Shown piece by piece: positions 11,855-24,890 of a stretch of DNA of 64,000 nt. The notes below the pieces were generated by a model that worked only from the letters and a program-made list of their open reading frames with translations, ran no database searches and was not told where the DNA came from. The DNA lies in assembly GCF_009834535.1 (NCBI RefSeq), contig NC_045697.1, positions 25,236,001 through 25,300,000 of the forward strand. Reading direction: 5' to 3'. Positions within the stretch are counted from its first letter, which is position 1. Every line of letters begins with the position of its first letter. The DNA is from Camelus ferus (taxonomy: Eukaryota). Position numbers and translations under genes: made by a program.

Positions 11855-14516
11855 GTATAAACTATTCTTTCTAGAAGCTGTACTTTGCTGTGGGAAAATA
11901 AATTTTATACTAAGTGGGGATGACACGAGGTCCAGTTTTTTTTTTCCTTTTGTTTGTTTTAAAGGACAAGGTATCAAGTTTATAGGTTGAAAAAAGGAAG
12001 AAGTGAGAGGAAGAAATTGAAATGATATAGAGAGAATTAATAAAAAGGAGAAAAGATAAAACTCTGAAGGAGCCCACATAAACCAGATTTTTAAAGGAAA
12101 AACAGATTTTTAAAGGACAAATGTCAGCAGCAGATAGACTTTGTTAAAACAATGAAGGAGAGGAAACCCATGCATGCCTCAGTGAGGGAACAGATTTTTC
12201 CCTCATGTCATGTAAGGTCATTTCCATTATAAATATCCAGCTGATTTTTTCCATTGATTTATGTATTGTTTCAAAGCTGAGTATTTGTTAGTGTGCTTTT
12301 TAAGGTAAAATTATATTTATGTTACCTGTTTGTGTGCATATTTGGAACAATCCTCATCTTCCAGCCTCATTTTTTGAGGAAATTAGTTCAATACATAATA
12401 CCCATCAGCTTCAGATAACTTCTTTATAGGCTCAGAATAGAATTGATTAGAAATTTGAAAAGAAAAATTGCTCATTTGTTAAAAGGAAGTATCCAGAGAA
12501 CAGGAAAAATGAACAAATCCCCCCCAAAGCATATTTATTCCCAAATAGGAGAATACAGAATGTCTTTGAACCAGCCAGACTGAATGGCACTGCTTCCCTC
12601 CTGAGAAGCCATGCCTGTCCTTTCATCTCCAGTGGATACCTGTGACACTGGGTTACCCCTCTTGGACCACTCTGTCAACCTGCTGATAGATTTTTGACCC
12701 TTGGTTCACTCTGAACATCTCCAACTCATGTTCATCGAGAACAGGTATCTGGCTTCCCATCGTCTTTGTGGACTCTCCTCTGACCTGCTTTCCATGTATG
12801 TCAGTGCTCTGACATTACTTATCACACTATAGAGTGTGTCGCTTCCTTTATCTTAGACCCTGGCTGGCATGACCTTTGTACTTGTACTGACAGATCACAA
12901 AGGTCAGAGTGTATCATCTATCAACTCAACACCTGATTTTAAAAGAATAATATCCATATCTTTGCAGTAATTTAAGCAGTGGAAAAATGCTGAACTGAGC
13001 TTGTGATACTGTTACAGTAAGAAGGTCTAGGAATATTTAATAACATTAGAATAACAAGTAATGAGGGAGAAAGGAGACAGTGATTTTGTGCACACAAGAG
13101 AAACTGTAGAATTGATCAGCTTTTTCTTCCTGCTAATTATTTTCTTACATTAGCAAGTCTCCTTTTGGGCCATCCTATTCTGATCCTTGTTCCTGTACTC
13201 TCCATCTGTGTCATGTGATGGTACTTCCAAATAGAAAATGCTTAGTTTAATTCACTCTCTTTCATTAAAGCACTGTACTGAACACCAGCTAAGGCCCCCA
13301 ATTGGGCTTTTCTTTTTCAACTTAAAGCTGAAAAATGTCCGCAGTTCCTATAAACATAATCTAGAAATTCTACTTTTATCTAAGTTGTAGATTTTATATT
13401 CAGGTTTGAACTCTTGTTACGAACCATCTTAGAAAAGGTTCACTACCTAAATATTTCATTATCTTGATTAAGATTTTTAAAGAAATATATAGAGTTTCAC
13501 AGATGCATTTTGTTTGACTCATCATGGGTTTGGATTTGTGGTTCTTATTATGACTGCTTTGAATTGTTACCCTACTTTTTTATCAGAATACTGCATGCTA
13601 AATACTGTTTTGTCTTGAAAATAGGTCCAAACGTCATCCATCGTAGAGCTCGCATTCCTTCTCAGAAACATAAGGTAAAGCAAGAATGACCATCCACTTT
13701 GGATTCTTGTGTTCTGTACAGTGCCCAACAAAGTGTATTTTTCATCCACTCATCCAGAAATCTCATTTACATTAGCTCCTTGGTTCCTACGTTTCTTGAC
13801 AAGCAAAACATGTTAAATGAAGAGCTCCCAGGGTAAAAGATGGTCTTCTGACATGTGTTTAACAAAATGACAAAATATACACTGGCATTTGGAATACTTG
13901 ATAATATTTAATCTGTGTTTTACATGGTCTTCTGTAAATGTGTTGTTAATCAAATTTCATCTCAAAATGCCAGCATTTTTTTGTATTCAATGTTCTGTTA
14001 ATTGTACTCTCAATAATTTAATAAGTTTATTTTATATAAAAGAAACCTCACAAAAGTCATGCAGTTATCACTCTTAAAATTTTATTGTTTTACTGACATC
14101 TTATGTGCATTTTTTAATAAAATATAAATGCTTTGATATTGCTGATATTTGAGGGTAAAATTAAGAATGATAGTAAGCTATATTGATTTTGATTTTTTTT
14201 AAGTTTTTAAGAGCAAATAAAAATAAGTCATATATAATCTCATGAAACAAAATTGGTGGAATACATAAATTGACTCATTACTTTCCTTTAGTCCTTAGAA
14301 TCTGAACTCACAAATATTTCATGAACTGATTCATAAAAATTTAGTCTTGGAATATACTTTACAGCTCCTCCCATCTAATACTTCCTCTTTCAGATGAAGA
14401 CAAATTCAGAAAAATTAACTTGTCTAAGGTCACAGAGTTGAATCAGCCAGATTTCCTGATTCCAGTTCATAAAGAAACACTACTGTTTGTCTTTAGAGAT
14501 AAATGGATTAATGTTT

Positions 14517-15814
14517 CTTTTTTATTTTTTTAGTTGACATATAGTTGATGTACAATATTATATATTTGAGGTACACATAGTGATTCATAATTTTAAAAGT
14601 TATATTTCATTTATAATGATTATAAAAATTGGCTACATTATTTATATTGTACACTACATCCTCATAGCTTATTTATTTTACATATAGTAGTTTGTATCCC
14701 TTAATCCCCTACCCCTATCTTGCCACTCTCCTCTTCCCTCTTCCCACTGGTAACCACTAGTTTGTTCTCTGTATTTGTGAGTTTGTTTCTTTTTTGTTAT
14801 ATTCACTTGTTTTTTGTATTTTTTAGATTATACATATAAGTGATATTGTACAGTATTTGTCTTTTTCTGTCTGACTTATTTCACTTAGCATAATGCCCTC
14901 CAAGTCCCCATGTTGTTGCAAATGGCAAAATTTCATTCCTTTTATGGCTAAGTAGTGTTTCATTTTATATATATATCACATATTCTTTATCCATTCGTCT
15001 GTTGATGGACACTTGGGTTGCTTCCATATCTTGGCAGTTATAAAAATGCTTTTGTGAACATTGGGGTGCATGTAACTTTTCAAATAAGTGTTTTGGGGTT
15101 TTTTTGGATATATACTCAGGAGTGGAACTGCTGGGTCATAATTGTAGTTCTATTTTTAGTTTTTTTGAGAGACCCCCATACTATTTTCCACAATGACTGT
15201 ACCAATTTACATTCCCACCAACAGTGTATGAAGGTTTCCTTTTCTCCACATCCTCACCAACATTTATTATTTGTGTTCTTTTTGATGATAGTCATTCTGA
15301 CGGATGCGTGGTAATATCTCATTGTGATTTTAAGTCGCATTTCTCTGATGATTAGTGTTGTTGAGCATCTTTTTATATGCCTGTTGGCCTTCTGAATGTT
15401 TTCTTTGGAAGAAATATCTATTCAGGTCTTTTGCCCGTTTTTAATTGGGTTGTTTGTTATTTTGCTGTTGAGTTTTATAAGCTGTTTATGTATTTTGAGT
15501 ATTAACCCATTATCAGTCATATCATTTGCAAATATTTTCTTCCATTCAATAGGCTGCCTTTCGTTTTGCTGTGCAAAGCTTTTAACTTTAATCAGGTCCC
15601 ATTTGTCTAATTTTGTTTTTATTTTCTTTGTTTAGGAGACAGATCCCAAAAAAATACTGCTACAATTTATGTCAAAAGTGTTCCGCCAGTGTTTTCTTTT
15701 AGGAGTTTAATGATTTCTCGTCTTACATTTAGATCTTTAATCCAGTTTGAGTTTATTTTTGAATATGGTGTTAGAGAATGTTCTAATTTCATTATTTTAC
15801 ATGTAGCTGTCCAG
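14517..15814 (-). mobile_element. 5'-truncated L1 (cetartiodactyl-type 3'UTR and ORF2 end)
   Basis: T tail, L1 3'UTR and antisense ORF2; degenerate TSD taaatggattaatgttt (14500-14516) / taaataaattagtattt (15815-15831). Confidence 0.9.
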
Positions 15815-16979
15815 TAAATAAATTAGTATTTTTTAATTGATTTTAAATAAAGCAATTCATGCATAAATAGACTAAAAGCCTAACGACTTTTATTTATTTA
15901 CAGCTTTTGATCAGATTTTATACTTCCAAAAATTTTAATAAATAAATTTGGAGAAGCAATCAAAATATCTTGATATTGAAGATAACTTCACTTCTTATTA
16001 AATTCTCTATAAGTGATGCAATATTAACTATGAATCAACAGAGATCTTTATAATAGATTATTGGCTAGTAAGAGCCGAATAATATTATTTGTTGAGTTGA
16101 TTTTTAGTTTTAAGTCTCTAATGTTTCTATTAAAAAAGAGTTTTAAGTAAGCACATGTTCTTCTGAGGCTTTGCTGTGTATAAATAACAGTCTTTTAACT
16201 CGCAGATGGGGTGTGTAGAACACACCCATACGGGTATATATGTACTGTGAGTAGTCAAAGACATGGAATTATTTATTTTACAGGTCTCATAATTCCAATT
16301 ATTTATCATGATTGGAACTTGTTAAATAAATGTAGGTCATCATAATTTTAATGTGTATCTTGATTGTTTTGTCTTTTTTATTTTTGCTAGGTAAGTGTCC
16401 CCTCCCTGTCACTAGTATTACAGATTTGCTTAAAACTGAAAAGGAAATTATTTACAAACAACACATATGAAATAATAGTATTATTTTGCCTCTAGTTTTC
16501 TCTAAACTACTCAAGAGTCACTACCCCTTAGTCAGTGGATTTCCTGTGAAGTTGAGCATAGTGACTTGGATACAGTACATACGTAATAAATATCCACTGA
16601 ATTGCTTGGCGAGCCAGAGGGACATGGGGTACACTTCAGAAATAGTGAATTAGCCATCCTACTTGATAGTCTGAGGTATAAAAAAGAAGTTGTACTCCTT
16701 CATCAAGGCTATAAATTTAATTGTGTAATTCAGAAGAGTTTATTTCTACAACCTCTTTATTGTTCTAAATTATGCTGAAGTAAATAGCCCAACTTCTTTG
16801 GTTTAACAAACATAACAGTATTAGAAGTATTAAAACTTATGGAGGAAATATTTCTGGAATACACTCATGCCTTATTCATTGATTAATGATCATTATATCT
16901 GATGATTTGTGGTGAAGATTTTATACATTAAAACATGTGTAAATAAGAGTAAATCATTCAACACTGGTTTAATTTTTCT

Positions 16980-17044
16980 TTCATAAACTTTTTGAAAGTA
17001 AAAATATAATACAGAAAAATTCATAATCATAAGTATGCATACTG

Positions 17045-17089
<45 letters not shown>

Positions 17090-17590
17090 GCCTTTTCCCA
17101 GCCACTAACTTCTCCTCATTTGCCTCTTCCTGAACTTTATATAAATTCGATATTTTGTATCTGGCTTCTTTCTTTCAATGTGATCCTTGTAAGATTCTTC
17201 ATACAACTTAGTTTAGCTGTATTTCATTCATTTTTGTGTTGTATACTTTCCCATTGTATAAATATACCAGAAGTTATTTTATTTATGCTGTTGTTGGATA
17301 TTTGGTTATTTCTTATTTTTTGGACATTACTAATATCTCTGCTATGAACATTTTGAACATATCTGCACATAGTTATTGGGTATGTACCAGGAGTGGATTT
17401 TCTGGTACATATGCTATGCATAGGGCCAACGTTAGTATCCATTACCTCCAAATTCTCCAAAGCAGTCGTGTCATCTGACACTCCTAAAAAAAGTGCATGA
17501 AAGTTCTAATTATTCCACATCCCTAATTAAATGTAGTATGATCAGTCTTTTAAATATTCAACTATTTTGTTGTTTGTATAGTGTTATGTA
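16980..17590 (-). mobile_element. Old L1 (L1ME/MD-like) 3' fragment
   Basis: tatctggcttctttctttcaat...ccattgtataaatatacc...ggatatttggttatttc...gctatgaacatt. Confidence 0.75.
17049..17082. repeat. (CA)17 microsatellite
   Basis: Directly visible. Confidence 0.95.
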
Positions 17591-19169
17591 AGTCCTAATC
17601 CTTTTACCAGATTTATCTACATATTTTTGCCTTTCCTTGGGTTTAAAGGAAGCTCTGCTCATATAGATTAATTCATCCTTGTAGTTTGGAGATCATCTCT
17701 TAGTTATTTTTAAGAATATTCTAACCATTTCCAAGAAAATGTGGAGGCTGATAGAACTAGGAGTCATATTTGCTATTTCTAAGATATTCCCCACTTAAAA
17801 AGAAAAAGTAAGAATAGAGTATTCCTGTGTCCATTCTCAAAACCTGAGCACTAATTGCTCAGTAAGGGAAAAAAAAAAAAATACTAGGGAATGGCTGTCA
17901 AAGAACTGCAGGTCACAGTAATACAGGCAAGATCAGAGAATCCAGCTAAGGAAAGAAGAGGTTGTCAGGAAAAAACATATGCAAGTAAGCAAGGATTTAT
18001 TTGAGGAAAATAAGCAAAGATAGAAAGGACTAAGAAGAGAATGCTAAGAAACCAAAGGCCTGGAACCTAAGACAGAATTTTGGTATCCAAGAGTCAGAGT
18101 AATAATGAAAACGCCATTTAAAACTTTGACCCTGAGCTAACTAGCCATGAACCTGGTTAATCTCTAAGCGTGACGGTGCAAAGTTTGACAAGTACATACA
18201 TCTTATTCGAGGTGAGGGTGCTAGGGAAGGAGCCTGACAACAGGCGTTCTTAGCCGCCAATCAAAACACAGGAAGGAAGAGCCATGTGGATACACACTAC
18301 TATAGAAATAAGCCATGACTTAGTCATCAAAGGTAGAACTCCATTTCTTCTGCAAGTTTATAGAATCCTAGTTTCCAGCCAGGCTTATTATGGTTCTCCT
18401 TCAACTTGATGAGTCAATTAGAAGGTTTAACTTTGCAGAAAGCCAAAAGCTCAGCAAAGTTCGATTTTAACTACACTGAGTTGCCCTTGAAAGTTTTCTA
18501 ATAACAGAAATGGTGTCTCATTCATGGGAATTAATGCAGCAAATGATTTTTAACACGCAATAACAAAGTAAACAGTGGCAGGTAAGAAAAGGCTTTATTC
18601 TTCTTTCACTAACATGTCCACTGGGGTAAATTTGAAATTCTTTTATAGCAAGATCCCCACTTCAGAAAATAGAACAAAACTGAATGTTTATGTTTTAGAA
18701 GATTTCAGCAGCATCTCCCAAGTTAGTTCTTTAAAGCCCAGTTTGGAAACTGAAGGAGAATTTTAAAGTTTCGAAGGTTAAAGTCTATATATATTTTTAA
18801 AATTCTTTGAATATTACCTCTGTGTAAGGAATATGATGGCACCTGAGTATTTTCATTATCTAAAAATTACAAAAAAAACACTAATTTCTAAGAAAATCAT
18901 GCCATTCATGGCATATAGTCACATTTATAAACCAGTTTACAAAATTAAATGACAATTATATAGATTAAAAATAAAATTTTTTAAAATTATCTGGAAATTT
19001 TGCAGTTTTTTATTTCAGGTATTAAAAACATGTATGCATTTATTTACACTCATATACATGCACACATGGTATGTAAATACATATATATATATTTAACACA
19101 TATATTTTCAAAAATGATAAAATCCTCGATTAACTTAGATATTAAAAAGTAATGTTTTATATTTCCCCT

Positions 19170-19630
19170 GTGTATAGGTAGGATAATTTAAGCTGAGTGA
19201 CAGAAGCCCAAGATAGATGTTTACTTCTCTTCAGTGTAAAAGTCCGGGTCAGTGGTCCATAGCTGGTGTTTGCTCTACAATGTTAGGGACTACATTCTTT
19301 TGATGTCATTTTTTCTTTGTGTGCAGTGTCCGTCCCCAAGTAGTTCAAAATGGCCTTTCCAGCTCCAGTTACTAAAAGTTCTATTGATGTTGACAAGAAG
19401 ACAAAACAGAGAGAAGAAAGGCCCTTTCTTGCTAAGACATTTCTGAGAGTTTGCACTCAGTTTCTACTGATACTCTTCTTGTCACAATTTAAACTTAAGC
19501 TCATGTTCTGAAAAAGAGGCTGAAAATACATTCTTGATTCTGAATGGTCAGAGGTATAGGTGAGCACGCTACTGTTGTGAGAGTGGGTCATTAAGGAACA
19601 TTTTGCAGGCTGAGCTACAGCCTGCATTGG
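19170..19630 (-). mobile_element. MaLR LTR (MLT1I/J/K-like)
   Basis: caagatagatgtttacttctct; caaaatggc...ccagctccag; gaggctgaaaatacattctt. Confidence 0.55.
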
Positions 19631-20089
19631 TGATGTTGGCAAGTGTATCTACATATATTTTAGTGTGATATTATACCAGAAGCATGTGAAAAATATATAC
19701 AGTATGTATCACCCAAAGTAGAAAATAAACATTGTTCTGTTGTTGAAGTTATTGAATTAGAAGACTGATACTTTAATTGATTATATTAGAAATGTATGTA
19801 TGCACTTGGGGCAAAAGTAACACTAAGAATTTTTTTTTTAAGGCAACATTAATCCTTGAAAGCCAACTTTAAAAGGATAAAAAACAAAACAAAGCAAGAC
19901 AAAACTAGTGACATTTAAATGACACTCTGGAGGCTAACATTGTTTCAATGTCACTTTCAATGTTGACTTCGGCTTCAGATGAAGATACAACTTTTAAGAG
20001 TCATTTGGGTATTATAATGAGAAAAAGACAAGTAAAGCTCTATAAAAAGCCTCTAAACTAAACACTTAATTAAGAATAGAAGGAGAGAC

Positions 20090-20650
20090 GAGACTCTTAC
20101 TGTTTTACAACGTAAAAATTTACAACATCAAAGCCAAATATATTTGTTCACAAAATTTTGATCCAGAACTTACACTTTTATGAATGTAAGCACAAAGGTA
20201 GACCCACCACAGTGCCCTTTATAACACTGTTTATAATATCAAAACATTTTTAGTAAGTTAAATGATGTATAGCAGTCAACTGATTGAATAAATTATAGTT
20301 CATCTGAAAATAATACATTAATCATAAAAATAAAGTTGTTAATGTACATCTGTTGGTATAGAAATATATTTAGACAATGATACAATGTGAATGGAAAGAG
20401 TATAAAACATTATATGTAATATGAATCAAATTTGGTAATACATGTGTGTAATATAATATGGATTCACATGTATTGACATGTCTAGAAAAAATAGAACAAA
20501 TATCGACAGCACTATCTCTATGTAGATTTTGATAATCAAGATTTTGTATTTTTTCAGGCTATGAGACTGACATTCTGCCTGCTGTGTTAAAAAGACGCTA
20601 AGATTTTTCTATTTTTTTCAACACTTAGTATGTATTATCTGAAAATTATT
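20090..20650 (+). mobile_element. Old L1ME 3' remnant
   Basis: ttgatccagaacttacactttta; ctgtttataatatcaaaac; ttgaataaattatagttcat. Confidence 0.55.
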
Positions 20651-21759
20651 ACAAAAAGCACAAGATATAAAGGAGTCAGTAGGATAATTTTAATGAAGTA
20701 GGAAATATTTAAGACATCCATTTAATTGAAAGGCAGATTATATACAAACATGCGTGTATGAATCCTCTTTAATAAAAATAATGTAATGTGTGTTATGATG
20801 AATCTATAGTATGTACAACAAATATTATCTATGGTCAGTTTTGAGATTAAGACCCATAGATGATTTTTCTAATGAAAATAATACTATATATTTTAAAACC
20901 CAGCTATATTATTAAGCATCACTTTATGATTGTTAAGATGTATGAGTTCTACAGTTTCTGCTAGAATTAAAAAAAAAAAAAAGGTCCATTCATGTTCCTT
21001 CTTGTTCTTACCATCTTCTCATACTTGACCATGAGGGCTTAAGAGAAGGCTGTTTCTGCCCGCACAATTACCTGACTGCTGACAGGGAAGTCCTAGGTAA
21101 TTGACCTAAGCCTGAAAAGCAGCTCTGGAGGCAGGAACCAGCATGGCGCTCCCTGCGCTCTGAAGCCTGTGCGGGCTGTCGGTCCCTCCAGAGAGCAGTG
21201 CTGGTCCCCTCCTTCCCTGCCCCGCACACTGTTGTAAGAGGGGTCAAAACCCTCTTTACAATGTTACAGTTTGGCCAGGAGCCGAGGCATAAATTCAAGT
21301 AGCCACTAGAAATGGTTTCTGGCTGCTGAGCTTGTTAATGATCAAACTATTTACATTTGGAAATTTTATTTTGAAATGATACTGCATTAGTATTTGCCGA
21401 AAGCTAGTCGTAGAACCCGTAGGGAAAAATGAAAGGGAAATCTTCTGGTTCACCTGATCAAACTATGGGAAGTGCCTAGGTACAGTTCGTTTCAGGGACC
21501 TGTGGATTCAGGATCTCAAATGACCTGTCTCTGTTTCTCTGTCAATCTATCAGTCGCTCTCTTTCTCCCCTTTTTTCCCACCCTACGTCCCCTTATTTCT
21601 GGTTGGTGCTAATTAATTCTCTCCAACTGTTAGTAAAATTTCACCACGTCCGTAGGATCCTTTCAGAACCTTTCTCTCAGCTTTGATACGTACCATATAA
21701 AATTTCTGGGGAGGATGCAATCTACACATCCACAGCCTCACACGCCCCACACGTGAATT

Positions 21760-22280
21760 TTATCCTCCAGACACTGCCTGACTATGTCAGCCTCTGTGCA
21801 CTTCTACCATTCCCACTTGGGTCAGCTGTTGTCATCCCTTGCCTGGTTTCCTGCAGTAGTTTCTAAATGTTCAGCCTCCCTCATCCCCACCCCGCCATGC
21901 CATCAATACAGGTCGCTAAATAATTCCAGATTTGTACTCACTCCCCAGAATCCCCCCCTGCACACATAATCATTCTTCAGAGTGAAGTTAGAGACATATT
22001 TCAAATTACAAGTCTAATCACACCCTATTCACATAGTCTCCTATTAAAGTGCATCCATGGCCTTCCAGAATCCTGACCTTGGCCTGCATTGCCCTTTGGT
22101 ATATGGCCACTGCTTCCCACTCCCATTTCTTCTTTTGGACTGCTTTCCTTATCTTTCCAGTGACCTTCCTCCTCAGTAGACACTGTCTCTTACAAATGGA
22201 TCTTCTCCCTCTGCATGCACTTTTCTTTCCTCTTCTCTTTGGCAAATTAATTCTGATTAAGTTTTTTAGATCTTAGATAA
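21760..22280 (+). mobile_element. L2 remnant
   Basis: catcccttgcctggtttcctgcagtagtttctaaatg-type L2 body. Confidence 0.5.
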
Positions 22281-22281
22281 A

Positions 22282-22787
22282 TATATTAGTTTCCTATTGC
22301 CACTTAACATTACCACAAACTCAGAGGCTAAAAACAACATAAATGCATTCATTACCTTACAATTCTGGAGGGCAGAAATCTGTATCAGTCTCAAGGGGTT
22401 AATATCAAGATATTTCGGGGTTGGTTCCTGCTGGAGGCTCTAGGAAGGATCTGTTTTGTTGGCTTTTCCAGGTTCTAGAGGTTGCCTGGATTCCTGGGTT
22501 CATGGCCCCTTCTCCATCTCCAAAGCCCACAGACTAATGTCCTCAAATCTCTCTCTCTAACTGAACCTTCTCTTCTGTCATGTCATCGTCTCCTGTGAAT
22601 TTGATTCTTCTGCCACTTTTTATGATGACTCTTACAGTTATGCTAGGCATACCCTGATGATCCAGGATAATCTGCCCATTTCAAAATTCTTAATCCAATA
22701 ATGTCTGCAAAGCCCTTTTTGCCATATTGACGCTGCTGGAGATTAGGAAATGGTCACCTTTGAGGGAGCATTATTCTGTCTACTTCA
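22282..22787 (-). mobile_element. MaLR solo LTR (MLT1C/D-like)
   Basis: tatattagtttcctattgc...ttaccacaaact...ttacaattctggagg...ccttctccatctccaaagcc...tccaggataatct...cattattctgtctacttca. Confidence 0.85.
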
Positions 22788-23495
22788 GTAACATCATTTC
22801 TTTCTGTGGAAAATATCTTAGACCTCATTTATTTGATGAAAACTCCCTAATATGTATTATCAATCTTCATTTACTTGTATCCTTCCTAAATGTAGACTCT
22901 TGGTGAACAAATTAATTTGTCCAGTTAGTGTCACCTAATATTTGATCTTATTGCCACAGCCACTGACAGGCAGCACTATTGGCTTATCTTAAGTCACATG
23001 CCCACCTATAGAGTTGGGTGCATCGAATCTGTTACCAGAAGGGTGAGGAGGAGGTTGGCGTTCACAGACATAAGCTACTATATTGTCATTTTGTATTCTG
23101 TCTTCTAATTTGCTAGCATTAATACAACTCTCTAGATTCAAAGAAGGCCAACAGTACTGAAAAGGGGAAACTGAAAGTTGACTTACCAATAAGTATGGAC
23201 TAGAAATTTCAAGAGTTATTCCACCTTTAGGAAAATTCTTAGAAGCTCTTCCAGGACAGGTTCTGGGAGGGAATACATATAGGGATACTAGCTGGTAGTT
23301 CTTAGAGACAATTTGATCAAATATTCAAAACTATCCCATCTATGGGGACTGAACTTGGGAGTCTCAATGTTGGGTACAGCTAGGTAGAATATGGAATTAC
23401 AAGCAGAATGACAGCTATGTCCTTTATTCTTAGGATAGAAGGGTACATTTTAAATCGGAGCTTTAGTGTCACAGTGATTCTTGATAAAACCAATC

Positions 23496-24890
23496 CTTGT
23501 TGCTTATCTATTTTATATATAGTAGTGTGTATATGTTAATCCCTCCCCCAGTCCCTTTACTCTCCTGTAACCAAAAATTTGTTTTCTTTGTCTGTAAGTC
23601 TATTTCTGTTTTGTATGTAGATTTATTGTATTATTGTTTAGATTGTACATGTAAGTTATATCATATAATATTTATCTTTCTCTGTCTGATTTACTTCACT
23701 CAGTATGATAATCTCTTAGTCCATCTATGTTACTGCAACTGGCAACATTTCATTCTTTTTATGGCTGAGTAATATACCTTTGTGTGTATATACAACATCT
23801 TCTTAAACCAATTGTTGATGGGTACTTGGGTTGTTTCTGTATCTTGGCTACTGCAAATAGTGCTGCTATGAACATTGGAGTGCATGTATCTTTTCAAAGC
23901 AGAGTTTTCATTTTTTCAGATATATGCCCAGGACTGGGATTGCTGGATTATATGGTTAGTCTACTTTTAGTTTCTTTAAGCAACCTCCATCAATGTTCTC
24001 CACAGTGGCTGCACCAATTTACATTCCCACCAACAGTGTAGGGAGGGTTCCTTTTTCTTAACACCTTCTCAAGCATTTGTTATTTGTAGACTATCTGATG
24101 ATAGCCATTCTGACAAGTGTAAGGTGATGCTTCATTGTGGTTTTGATTTGCATTTCTCTAATAATTAGCAATATTGAGCAAATTTTCATGTGCCTGTTGG
24201 CCTTCTGTATGTCTTCTTTGGATAATATTTTTTTAGGTGTTCTGCCCATTTTTTGATTGGGCTGTTGTTGGGTTTTTTTATTGTTGTTGTTATTGAATTG
24301 TATAAGCGGTTTCTGTATTTTGGATGTTAACCCCTTGTCAGTCTATTGTTTGTAAATATTTTCTCCTATTCCATGGGTTAACTTTCTGCTTTGTTGATGG
24401 TTTCCTTTGCTGTGCAAAAGCTTTTAAGTTGATTGGCCCCACTTGTTTATTTTTGTTTTTATTTCTTTTGCTTTGGGAGGCAGATCTAAGAAAATAATGC
24501 TATGATTTATGTCCGAGAATGCTTTGCCTATGTTCTCTTCTAGAAGTTTTATGATGTCATATCCTATTTTTAGGTCTTTAAACCATTTTGAGTTTATTTT
24601 TGTATATGGTATGAGGGAATGTTCTAACTTCATTGATTTACATGTAGCTGTCCTGCTTTCCCAACAACACTTGCTAAAGAAACTATCTTTTTTCCATTGT
24701 GTATTCTTTCCTCCTTTGTAGTACTTACTTGACTAGGAGTGTGGTTTTATTTCTGACCTCTCTATTCTGTTTCTTTGAGCTATTTCTGTTTTTGTGCCTT
24801 TACCATGCTGTTTTGATTACTGTAGCTTTATAGTATCAAAGTCTGGAAGCATTATGCCTCCAGCTTTGTTGTTTTTCCTCAGGATTGTTT
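23496..24890 (-). mobile_element. L1 fragment (3'UTR and ORF2 end) lacking its terminal tail
   Basis: Antisense ORF2 (ORF 24424-24633: KLEHSLIPYTKINSKWFKDL...LLEENIG); begins inside the 3'UTR. Confidence 0.9.

Noticed and set aside
13567..13749. VWTYF motif suggesting a BED zinc finger
   Set aside because: None of the required downstream Cys/His ligands are present.
17895..18320. Possible old LTR or CCAAT-containing promoter
   Set aside because: Only generic resemblance; no termini or TSD that I could support.
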